55,806 nt of DNA from an uncultured Clostridiaceae bacterium (GTDB taxonomy: Bacteria; Bacillota; Clostridia; TANB77; CAG-508), in contig CATLDI010000003.1 of the NCBI GenBank assembly GCA_949902805.1, positions 1-55,806 on the forward strand, written 5' to 3'. Below, one piece after another: positions 9,941 through 19,323 of this stretch. The position numbers and the translations under genes are program-made. The number at the start of each line of letters is the position of its first letter. Within the stretch, counting starts at the first letter, position 1. The notes below the pieces were generated by a model that saw only the letters and a program-made list of their open reading frames with translations, searched no databases and was not told the origin of the DNA.

Positions 9941-11048
9941 ATGAATATTGAAAGAGATTTAAAAAAGGATGGAATTACTGTTATAAAAGCATTAGATACT
10001 TTAAGTGTAACCTTAATTGCAAAATATGTTGCAGAAAAACTAACTTGTGCCTTTCCTTTTTATGGTTTTAATTATGATAAATTATTTATAAAAATTTCAA
10101 ATATACCAATGTATATAGCCGACATTCCAAGTAGCATGGGCGAAGCAAATTATTTTTATAAAAATTCTTCTATCTACTTTAAAAAGCGGGCTTTCTCTTG
10201 ATGAAATGAAAAAATATTCAGTTCATGAATTTATTCATGCTTATCAAGAACTAAAGGATAAGAATAATATTTTATATAAGCTTGGGTTGTGTGATTTTAC
10301 TGGATTTAAAGTTCGTGGAATGGCATTAAATGAAGGCGCTGTACAATTAATTACATCTAAAGTATTACATTTAGAAACAGAAATAGTTAAATACTATGAT
10401 ATTGAATTTTCTACAAATACTCCTAATTGCTACCCTATTGTATGTAATTTAGTAGCACAAATGGGATACATTACTGGTGAAAATGTTTTATTTGATAGTA
10501 CTTTCCATAGCACTAATAAATTTATTAAATCTTTTATAAATTTATGTGGTCAAAAAACTTTTTATACAGTTGAATATAATTTGGATAAAATATTAGCTTT
10601 AGAAGAAAAAATAACTTCACTTTCTTCTAAAGTTGAAAATGAGTTTTTAAGTGAAAGGTTTATTGCAATTGCTTCTTCAAAAATAGGTATTTATAAAAAT
10701 CAAATTAAAAATATCTTTTTTGAAACACAAAACCTTATTTTCACTTCATATTTTAATAGAGCATTAAATAATGTATATTCTTCTCAAGAGATAGAAGATT
10801 TTAGGAAAAAATTATATCATTATAAAGATTTACTTGGAACTAATGAAAATTATACTTTCTTTAATGATTTTTATATAAATATGATGGCTAAGTTAGATGA
10901 AAAATATGAAGCCTTAGATAATATAGAATTAGCACTTATTCCTTATAAGAACAGTATTTTTGAAAATATTATTAAAAAAATATATGCTATTATTAAAGCA
11001 CCTAAAGAGCTTTCAAACCTAGAAATTAATAAAATAAAAAATGCATAA
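9941..11048 (+). CDS. HEXXH (zincin-like) hypothetical protein; single gene joined across extra C at 10187
   Basis: ORFs 9941..10201 and 10206..11048 fuse if C10187 is skipped (FKK-G-LSLDEMKKYSVHEFIH); HEFIH plus downstream LNEG. Confidence 0.75.
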
Positions 11049-11058
11049 AATGCATTTT

Positions 11059-12174
11059 TTATTTTACTAATTTTTTTATTTCATCATATATCTTATTTTC
11101 AACATTTGATACCGCAATTTTCTCTGCATTTTTCCCCATTTTGTTAATTAGTTGTGGATAATTAACTATGTTTTGTATTTCTAAGTTTAACTTTTCTGCG
11201 TTCAAATTTTTGTTTAATATTATTTTTGCTGCACCTACTTTCTCTAACACTTTTGCATTATATAATTGATGGTCATTACTTACATTTGGAAGTGGTACTA
11301 ATATAGAAGGTTTTCCTAATTTTGATATTTCAGTTATAGTCATTGCTCCACTTCTCGCAACTATTATGTCTGATATATTCATAACTTCTTCCATATTATA
11401 AATGTATGGAACTATTGCCATATTTGTTATATTTTTTATATCTAATTTATTTTTTTCAAATTCTTTTTTTATTATTTCATATTGTTCTGGACCTGTTGCC
11501 CACATTATTTGATAATTTTTATTTAAACCTTTTTTTGCAATTTCTATTATTGATTCATTTATAGCTTGTGCGCCTTGGCTTCCGCCAAATACTAATATAA
11601 TAGGCATATGTAGGCTTAAATTCAATTTAGTCTTTATATTTGCTTTTTCAGTATCTGTATAGTCTATTTTCTTTATTTTTGTAGGAGTTCCTGTGTGAAC
11701 TATTTTCTTTGCATTTTTTATTCTATTTTTTGCATCTTCAAAAGAAACTAATATACAGCTTGTTTTTTTAGCAAGCATTATTACTGCTTTACCTGGAAAA
11801 GCATTACTTTCATGTAATAATGTTGGAATATTATTTTTACTTGCAGCCATTATTGTTGCTCCGCAAATATAGCCTCCTGTTCCTATTACTATATCTGGTT
11901 TAAATTCTTTCACAATTTTTTTGGCTTCTCTATATCCTTTAAAAGTTTTATATAATTTTTTTATATTTTCTATTGAAATTTTCTTACTTAGTCCATATGC
12001 TTCTATCGTTTTCAATTCATATCCAGCTCTAGGAACCAAATCCTTTTCTAATCCTCTGGAAGTTCCTACAAATATTATTTCAGAGTTTGGCTCTTCCTGT
12101 TTTATTTTATTTGCTATCGCAATACCTGGGTTTATGTGTCCCCCTGTACCAGCCGCCGCAACAATTACCCTCAT
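11059..12174 (-). CDS. murG: Lipid II GlcNAc transferase
   Basis: AGTGGHINP, GTGGY, HESN, GGSQGA, RSGAMT, HQLYNA. Confidence 0.97.
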   Translation of the reverse strand: MRVIVAAAGTGGHINPGIAIANKIKQEEPNSEIIFVGTSRGLEKDLVPRAGYELKTIEAYGLSKKISIENIKKLYKTFKGYREAKKIVKEFKPDIVIGTGGYICGATIMAASKNNIPTLLHESNAFPGKAVIMLAKKTSCILVSFEDAKNRIKNAKKIVHTGTPTKIKKIDYTDTEKANIKTKLNLSLHMPIILVFGGSQGAQAINESIIEIAKKGLNKNYQIMWATGPEQYEIIKKEFEKNKLDIKNITNMAIVPYIYNMEEVMNISDIIVARSGAMTITEISKLGKPSILVPLPNVSNDHQLYNAKVLEKVGAAKIILNKNLNAEKLNLEIQNIVNYPQLINKMGKNAEKIAVSNVENKIYDEIKKLVK

Positions 12175-12231
12175 ATTCTCCTCCTAAAAACTCGAAGAGT
12201 CTTGTACTCTTCACTATTCATTATTCGTTTA

Positions 12232-12328
12232 AGGACAACGGGACGGGGTTTTTGTCCCTATACTTTCAATATTTAATTAGCTGAAATGCTAGGGACAAAA
12301 ACCCCGTCCCGTTGTCCTCCGTTGTCCT
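12232..12328. repeat. REP doublet, GGGAC/GTCCC family
   Basis: Perfect 29-bp inverted repeat AGGACAACGGGACGGGGTTTTTGTCCCTA (12232-12260 / 12290-12318); each arm is itself a hairpin. Confidence 0.8.
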
Positions 12329-12341
12329 GATTTTGTTGTCT

Positions 12342-13496
12342 TTATACCTTCGAACTTGAGCGTGATATATTAAGTAATATTCCTACACTGCATAATATTA
12401 TTAGCAAGGCTGTTCCTCCATAGCTTATAAATGGTAGTGATATTCCTGTCGCTGGCATTGATGATGTTACAACTGCTATATTCATAATTGCTTGCATTCC
12501 AATTAGTGAGGTAATTCCTATAGCAAGTAAACTTCCAAAGCAGTCTTTTGCTTTCATAGATGTTAGTATTCCTCGCCATATAAACACAGCAAATAGCGCT
12601 ATAACTATTACGCATCCTACAAATCCAAGTTCTTCTGCAATTACTGCAAATATGAAGTCATTATGTGGCTCTGGTATGTATAAATATTTTTGCTTACTTT
12701 GCCCTAACCCTACTCCAAATAGTCCTCCTGAGCCTATTGCATATAAGCCTTGTATTACTTGCCAGCCATCTCCTGTTGCATCTGCCCATGGGTCTAAAAA
12801 TGTAGTTAACCTTGCTAAACGGAAATTTCCTTTTCCTGTTGCTTGAGCTAGTGTAAGCATTCCTATAACTCCTGCACATCCTGCTGAAATTCCTGCTGTT
12901 AAGAAATACTTTAGCTTAGTACCGGCCATCAACATCATAATTGATGTGATGGCAATAATTATAATTGATGCACTTAAGTGATCTTGTAAAAAGAATAATA
13001 TTGCAATTGGTGGAACTAAATATAATAATGGTTTTATAAATCCATCTAAAAATGAATTTAATTCTGTTCTATGTTCTGAAAGGTATGCTGCATAAAATAC
13101 TATTAATCCTATCTTTGCTATTTCTGATGGTTGAAATCTTATAATTCCTATATCTATCCATCTTGCGGCTCCTTTTGCGCCATCACCTATTCCGGGTATT
13201 ACTACTAATGATAATGCTATTATAGAACCAATATATGCTAATTTATAAAATTTTTTATATATTCTATAATCAATTTTTGATATTACTAGCATTAAGAATA
13301 CGCCTAATAATGCAAATATTGCTTGCCTTATAAAATAGTGATAACTATTTCCCCATTCAGCAAAGGATGATGGTGCACTTGCTGAGAGTACCATAACAAT
13401 GCCTAAAGTTAGTAATAAAAATACAGTTATACATAGTATAAAATCTAATGGTTTTTGGTTTATTTTTCCTTTATTTTTTACTTTTGTATTAGCCAT
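12342..13496 (-). CDS. ftsW: SEDS-family peptidoglycan polymerase FtsW/SpoVE
   Basis: MVLSAS, GAARWI, FQPSEIAK, PEPHNDFIFAVIAEELG, LPFISYGG; start moved to ATG 13496 after AAAGGAG; dcw context. Confidence 0.93.
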   Translation of the reverse strand: MANTKVKNKGKINQKPLDFILCITVFLLLTLGIVMVLSASAPSSFAEWGNSYHYFIRQAIFALLGVFLMLVISKIDYRIYKKFYKLAYIGSIIALSLVVIPGIGDGAKGAARWIDIGIIRFQPSEIAKIGLIVFYAAYLSEHRTELNSFLDGFIKPLLYLVPPIAILFFLQDHLSASIIIIAITSIMMLMAGTKLKYFLTAGISAGCAGVIGMLTLAQATGKGNFRLARLTTFLDPWADATGDGWQVIQGLYAIGSGGLFGVGLGQSKQKYLYIPEPHNDFIFAVIAEELGFVGCVIVIALFAVFIWRGILTSMKAKDCFGSLLAIGITSLIGMQAIMNIAVVTSSMPATGISLPFISYGGTALLIILCSVGILLNISRSSSKV

Positions 13497-13573
13497 TGTT
13501 TTTTCTCCTTTCAAAAACTTGAAGAGTTTTGTTCTCTTCACCTTTCATTATTTATTATTCAGTCTTCATTTAA

Positions 13574-13618
13574 GCAATTTCTTCGAAGTGTGGGTCGCCG
13601 AAGGTGGCGACCCCTACA
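13574..13618. repeat. GTAG-type REP with TTCTTCGAAG leader
   Basis: GCAATTTCTTCGAAGTGTGGGTCGCCGAAGGTGGCGACCCCTACA. Confidence 0.75.
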
Positions 13619-13646
13619 ACAAATTAATTTTTTTCTATAAAACAAG

Positions 13647-14630
13647 CTAGATTGCAAATATTCCTATTATGCATGCTATTAGTGTTACTATACTGAATAC
13701 TGAAACTACTTTGTTTTCTTTCCAGCCTGATAATTCAAAATGGTGATGCAATGGTGCCATTCTGAATATTCTATTTCCAGTTCTTTTATAATGTGCTACT
13801 TGTATCATTACAGATAATGTTTCAAATACTGGTATTATTGCTATTATTAATAATAATAGTGGCATTTTTAGGTAAAGTGCCATTGCTGATACTGCCCCAC
13901 CTAATAATAATGAACCTGTATCTCCCATCATTATTTTTGATGGATATAAGTTAAATAATAGGAAACCTAAACATGCTCCTGATAGTGCGCTTCCAAATAG
14001 TGTTATTTCTTTTAAGTTAAATATTATTCCAATTACTGTTAAACATGTAAGTATTATTGTTGTAACACTGCTTGATAGTCCATCTATTCCGTCTGTTAAA
14101 TTAATAGCATTTGTTGTTGCAAGCATTACAAATATTGCAAATGGTATGTATATCCAAATTGGCATTGTTATTGTTGTTTTTACAAATGGAATATATATGT
14201 CTGTTCCATTTCCTACTACTTTTGTTAAAAATACAGTATATACAACTGCTACTATTAAAAGTCCTAGCATTTTTGCCATTGGTCTTAAGCCTTTTGTGTT
14301 TTTTAGTACTAATTTTTTGAAGTCATCTATAAATCCTATTAAACCAAACCCCACGCTTGTAAGCATTAGAACTATCATGTTTTTAGCAATTTGTGGTTCT
14401 ATAGTTTTATGTGTGTAGTAGTAATATAGACCTACACATATCATTACTATGCTTATTGCTATTATAATTCCACCCATTGTTGGAGTTCCTTGTTTTTTTA
14501 AGTGTGATTCTGGCCCATCATCTCTTTCAATTTGACCTACTTTTAGCTTTCTTAGTATTGGTATAATTATTAAAGAAAGTACTACTGTTATTATAAATGA
14601 TAATATCAATACTTTTACTTGAAATTCCAT
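13647..14630 (-). CDS. mraY: Phospho-N-acetylmuramoyl-pentapeptide transferase
   Basis: KQGTPTMGG, NLTDGIDGL, MGDTGS, MAPLHHHFE. Confidence 0.97.
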   Translation of the reverse strand: MEFQVKVLILSFIITVVLSLIIIPILRKLKVGQIERDDGPESHLKKQGTPTMGGIIIAISIVMICVGLYYYYTHKTIEPQIAKNMIVLMLTSVGFGLIGFIDDFKKLVLKNTKGLRPMAKMLGLLIVAVVYTVFLTKVVGNGTDIYIPFVKTTITMPIWIYIPFAIFVMLATTNAINLTDGIDGLSSSVTTIILTCLTVIGIIFNLKEITLFGSALSGACLGFLLFNLYPSKIMMGDTGSLLLGGAVSAMALYLKMPLLLLIIAIIPVFETLSVMIQVAHYKRTGNRIFRMAPLHHHFELSGWKENKVVSVFSIVTLIACIIGIFAI

Positions 14631-14644
14631 TTTTAACCTCCTAC

Positions 14645-14783
14645 AGAGGTTAGATGTTGGATGTTAGAGGTTATTTTTAAAGGTTGGAGGTTGGATAATT
14701 AGGTAACTTCTTCGAAGCATTCACCCTATATTCCAACTTCTAACTTCTATTTTCTAACTTCTAATTTCCAACTTCCAACTTCC
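14645..14783. repeat. Inverted arrays of degenerate heptamers flanking a TTCTTCGAAG core
   Basis: (AGAGGTT/GGATGTT)n ... GTAACTTCTTCGAAG ... (TTCYAAC)n. Confidence 0.7.
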
Positions 14784-14800
14784 TCTTATGTTCTCTACAT

Positions 14801-16276
14801 TTATATTCTATTTTCAATAATGTCGTTTACTATTATTCTTTCGTCAAATGGATGCTTAACTCCATTTATTTCTTGGTATGGTTCGTGTCCTTTTCCTGCT
14901 AAAAGAATAATGTCTTTTTTGTCTGCCATTTTTATTGCTTCTCTTATTGCTTCTATTCTATCTACTATTACAGTATATTTACCTTTTGTTTTCTTTATTC
15001 CTTCTTCTATTTGGTCTACTATTTTTTGTGGTTCTTCTGTACGTGGGTTGTCTGATGTTATTATTGTATAGTCTGCTATTCTTCCTGATATTTCTCCCAT
15101 TATTGCTCTTTTACTTGTGTCTCTATCTCCTCCACAGCCAAATACTGAAATTACTCTTCCTCTTGTGTAGCTTTTTACTGCATTTAGTATGCTTTCTAAG
15201 CTTTCTGGAGAGTGTGCGTAGTCTATCATTATTGTTAATTCTTTGTTATTGTTTACAAGTTCGCTTCTTCCTGGTACTCTTACTTCTTCTAATGCTTCTT
15301 TTATTTGGTCTACAGTTGCTCCTAATTTTTCTGCTACACAAATTGCTGCTAGTGAATTGTATACACTGAATCTTCCTGGTATTCCTGTTTTTATTCTTTC
15401 ATTTCTCATTCCTAATTTTACTTTGAAATCTACATATGAATTTGTTATTGTTATATCTTTTGCAAGTACATTACAGAAATTGTCTATACCATATGTTGTT
15501 ACATTACTATCTGGAAGTAATTTTGGAAGTTTTGCTATATTGTAGTCGTCTGCATTTATAAATGCTGTTTTACACATTTTAAATAGTTCTACTTTTGAAT
15601 TAAAGTAATCTTCCATGTCTGGGTGTTCTTTTTCACTTATATGGTCTTTTGAAAAGTTTGTGAATACTCCTATATCAAATTCTGAACCTGCTACCCTGTG
15701 TAATTTTAAACTTTGAGAAGATACCTCCATTACTACTGCTTCGCAACCTGCCTCAGCCATTTTTGCAAATGTTTCTTGTAATTTATTGCTTTCAGGTGTT
15801 GTTCTATCACTATCTTCTAATTTTTCTTCTCCTATATATGTTGCTATTGTTCCTATTAAGCCTACTTTCTTACCTGCTTTTTCTAATATTTTTTTAATCA
15901 TAAAGGTTGTTGTTGTTTTTCCTTTTGTTCCTGTAACACCTATTAATTTAAATTTTCTGGATGGATTACCATAGAAATTGCATGAGCATATTGCTAGAGC
16001 ATATCTTGTATCTTTTGCTACAATTACTGTTACTTCCTTAGGTAATTTTTTAATTACTTCTAAGTCTGCCCCTTCTTGCAACATAACAGCTTTTGCTCCT
16101 TGTTCTACTGCTTTTTCTATATAATCGTGTCCGTCAACATCAAAACCTTTTATTGCTATAAATAAGCTTCCTTCTTCTATTTTCCTTGAATCTTTATCCA
16201 AATTATTTATTTCAATATCTAAATTTCCTCTTACTTTTAGCCCTTCTAAACCTGCTAAAATTTCTTTTAAATTCAT
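14801..16276 (-). CDS. murE: UDP-MurNAc-tripeptide synthetase (meso-DAP type)
   Basis: GVTGTKGKTTT, RTTPES, MEVSS, DYAHSP, GCGGDRD, DNPR, AGKGHE. Confidence 0.97.
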   Translation of the reverse strand: MNLKEILAGLEGLKVRGNLDIEINNLDKDSRKIEEGSLFIAIKGFDVDGHDYIEKAVEQGAKAVMLQEGADLEVIKKLPKEVTVIVAKDTRYALAICSCNFYGNPSRKFKLIGVTGTKGKTTTTFMIKKILEKAGKKVGLIGTIATYIGEEKLEDSDRTTPESNKLQETFAKMAEAGCEAVVMEVSSQSLKLHRVAGSEFDIGVFTNFSKDHISEKEHPDMEDYFNSKVELFKMCKTAFINADDYNIAKLPKLLPDSNVTTYGIDNFCNVLAKDITITNSYVDFKVKLGMRNERIKTGIPGRFSVYNSLAAICVAEKLGATVDQIKEALEEVRVPGRSELVNNNKELTIMIDYAHSPESLESILNAVKSYTRGRVISVFGCGGDRDTSKRAIMGEISGRIADYTIITSDNPRTEEPQKIVDQIEEGIKKTKGKYTVIVDRIEAIREAIKMADKKDIILLAGKGHEPYQEINGVKHPFDERIIVNDIIENRI

Positions 16277-16455
16277 ATACTACCTCCATTTTACAAATTT
16301 ACATGTACATTATATATCTAAAGTTTGTATTTGTAAATTATATTAGCAAAAAAAATAGTCATTACAAAAATAATTAAATTATCTTATACTAGACAAATTT
16401 ATTAATTTATAGTAATATATTTAACAGTTATAATTTTAATTTTAAGGAGAGCGTT

Positions 16456-16950
16456 ATGTTTTTTAAATATTTAGTAGTTTTTTTGGTATCAATGGTACCA
16501 CTTATAGAGCTTAGGGGAGCTGTTCCTATTGGATTAAGTCCATTACTTGGTGATGTACTTCCAATACTTCCTCTTTACCTTACTTGTATTATAGGTAATA
16601 TGTTACCTGTACCAATTATATTTTTCTTTGCGAGAAAAGTATTAGTATGGGGAGCTGATAAAAAATATATAGGTAAATTTTTCAAATTCTGTTTAGAAAA
16701 AGGTGAAAAAGGCGGAAAGAAATTAGAAGAAAAAGCTGGTCGTGGCTTATATGTAGCATTATTCATTTTCGTAGGTATTCCACTACCTGGAACAGGTGCA
16801 TGGACAGGAACACTTGCGGCAAGCCTTTTGGATATGGACTTTAAGAAGAGCGTTGTTGCAATAGTAGCTGGAGTTGTTTTGGCTGGTATTATAATGGGCT
16901 TAGCTTCTGCAGGGGTATTTGGAGCTTTAGGAATGATTTTTGCTAAATAA
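16456..16950 (+). CDS. Small multi-drug export family membrane protein (COG2426-like)
   Basis: SMVPLIELRGAVP and FVGIPLPGTGAWTG motifs. Confidence 0.88.
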   Translation: MFFKYLVVFLVSMVPLIELRGAVPIGLSPLLGDVLPILPLYLTCIIGNMLPVPIIFFFARKVLVWGADKKYIGKFFKFCLEKGEKGGKKLEEKAGRGLYVALFIFVGIPLPGTGAWTGTLAASLLDMDFKKSVVAIVAGVVLAGIIMGLASAGVFGALGMIFAK

Positions 16951-17116
16951 TTTAAGAAAAAGGATAAAGTAATTCTATTTATATAGATACTTCATCCTTT
17001 TTTATTTATTCTTTTCTATTGTTTAAGATTCATAAAAAGATATTCTCTAATACTTTATCATATAATAAAGTATGTTTTGATATAGTTATTTGTTTTATAT
17101 TGCATAATTTGACTTT

Positions 17117-18215
17117 TTAAACATTTTTATAAATTACAACTCGAAAACCTACTGCTCGTCCTTGACCTAGGTTACTCACAAATCGCCTATCAGCCGCTGC
17201 GTGTGTATCATTATTTGTGTCAAGTATCGTTCCGTCCACGAAAATTAAATCCACTAACTCCTAATAGTGAGCAAGCTTCCGTCGTCCATTCTTCGGCATT
17301 GCCAGCCATATCGTAAATATTATTTTTTGAATATGCTGTATTTGAACCTGTTGTTTTTATAGCACCAGAATAATTTCCTTTATCTGTTGAGTTTTCAGCA
17401 TAAGTTGCATCTACTGTATGTGTTATCCATTGCAATGTTGTATCCCATGCTGCTCCACTTATTATGGTTGAATGTACTCCTGTTTCGTTATAGTCTATCA
17501 TTGCTTTTGATACTGTTATTGCATCTGCTCTCCTTATATAGTCCCATACTCCTTTGTTTGCCTGAGATAGTGGTTTATATGTTCCATCTGTTGCCTTTCT
17601 ATCATTTTCAGGTAAAACATAATTAGCTTTTGTTCCTTCTTTTATTGCTGTTACTTCTCCTTTTGCATTTACTGTTGCTACTTCTGTATTGTTACTTGTC
17701 CATTCTACTTCTTTGTTTTCTATATTTTCTGATTTTATTGTTATTATTAATGTTTCATTGTTTCCTTCTTCTAATTCTAGTGTATGTCTGTTTAAAGTTA
17801 TAGCTGTTATTTTATCTTCATTTGGTTTTTCTGGTTCTTCTGGCGTTGATGGGGTTATTTCTTCTCCATTTAATATATCTTCTATTGGAATATCGTATCC
17901 ACCTTTATCTGTTTTTACTCCTGTTATTTCTCATTCTTCATCTGTTTGTACTTCCCCATATTTATCTAATATTTCTTTTAATTTATCATCTGTTATTTTT
18001 CCATTATTACCTAATTTTTCAGTTAATATGTCCATTCGTATTTGTTCTTTTATTATCTCTATCTCCATTTTTCTTTTTGATTCTTCTGCTTTTGTGAATA
18101 TTCCGTTTCCTCCGAATTGTTAAGTTTATTGTCACACTTGCCAGTATTAACATTACTATTATTGTTATTACGAGTGATATTAATGTTATGGCTCTTTGTT
18201 TTTTATTTTTAACAT
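17117..18215 (-). pseudogene. Pilin-like N-terminus + Ig-like (Big_2) + FGE/C-type-lectin-like C-terminus; in-frame TGA at 17931-17933 and two CGG-N sites (18114, 17234)
   Basis: MLKIKKQRAITLISLVITIIVMLILASV...; VEWTSNNTEVATVNAKGEVTAIKEG; NNIYDMAGNAEEWT...FRGG...VGFRVVIY after removing the extra Cs. Confidence 0.8.
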
Positions 18216-18411
18216 TTGTATATTTTCTCCTTCTTTTGTCATAGTTGTTAGCTCTACTTTTAAAGTTCTTTATGCTTATAATTGTATTTTACTAATAAAT
18301 TTTTTCTATGTCAATATTTTTATGAATGACCGTATTAAATCTTTTATTCCATTGATTTTACCTTTGTAAGCAGAATACGCATTGAGAAAATTTCTCAATG
18401 CGTATTGTATT

Positions 18412-19168
18412 TTATTCTTTACCTACAAAATATGTGCTATCTTTGGGTATATAAATGTAGTATGCGTAATTTTTAAAAGTTTCGATTTCTGTTCCATAAG
18501 CGTTTGTATATTTTTCTACTACTTCGTAAACATCTATGTGTGGATTATCTTTATAAATATCGTTTTCACATCTTTCTACATAATCCTTATGTCCATCTAT
18601 CACTTTAGCAGTTTTTCTACCTTCAGTTATTTCAATATCATAATAATATGCTAGTGATGGTTCGGAACGAATATAGTAACGCGAACCTGATACGTTTGTA
18701 TATGGTACTTTTTGAAGTTCTATTATATTTATTGTATTTACTTTTATTGATTCTATTCTATCATTCTGCATGCCAACAGTTCCAATAGTTTGGAAAAGAA
18801 AGAAAATGAATATCATAAAAATTATGTACAATGCTCCTGTTATAAAAAAGCTTCCTGCCGTAATATTAGGAAATTTATCTGTATATTCACTTAGTACATA
18901 AAAGAGCAGTACTATAAAGAACATTACACTTGCAATTATAAAAATTACATACTTATTTATAATTCCATAAATAAGTATAACAATATTACTATAACAGTTT
19001 TTAATATTACAGACATTATATTGGCTATTTTATTTATTGCATTTTTTATTTTTCTGTCCCTTTATACCAGTTGTCATTACACCGTTTTTGTTCCGAATTA
19101 AAAATAGAATTTATAATTTCTACAACTATTAACATTACTACTACTGTAAAAAATTTTAATACTATCAT
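18412..19168 (-). pseudogene. Hypothetical membrane protein, apparent 1-nt deletion near 19062
   Basis: AAGGAGG RBS + ATG 19168 (MIVLKFF...); this frame stops shortly after ~19060 while the 18412..18924 frame is open back to there (A-run TATAAAGGG). Confidence 0.55.
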
Positions 19169-19323
19169 TTGATTTCCTCCTTAATAAATTATTATTTGTG
19201 AGTTACTACACTACTTGCTTTTTGCAATATATTTAATTTTGCTTATCATATAGTATTTCACATAAAATGTTAATAAATTTGTGTACTTTACGTAATTTTC
19301 ATTTTTAAAAGCTTTTTATTTGT

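Noticed and set aside
14645-14783. Possible CRISPR array
   Set aside because: Degenerate 7-mers without unique spacers; no cas genes or repeat-spacer periodicity anywhere in the window.
17117-17260. Active DGR in this window
   Set aside because: No reverse transcriptase, Avd or template repeat visible.
17931-17933. TGA reassignment or readthrough in the pilin-like gene
   Set aside because: Single case; Trp is TGG elsewhere and TGA terminates exoA. Best read as a nonsense mutation.
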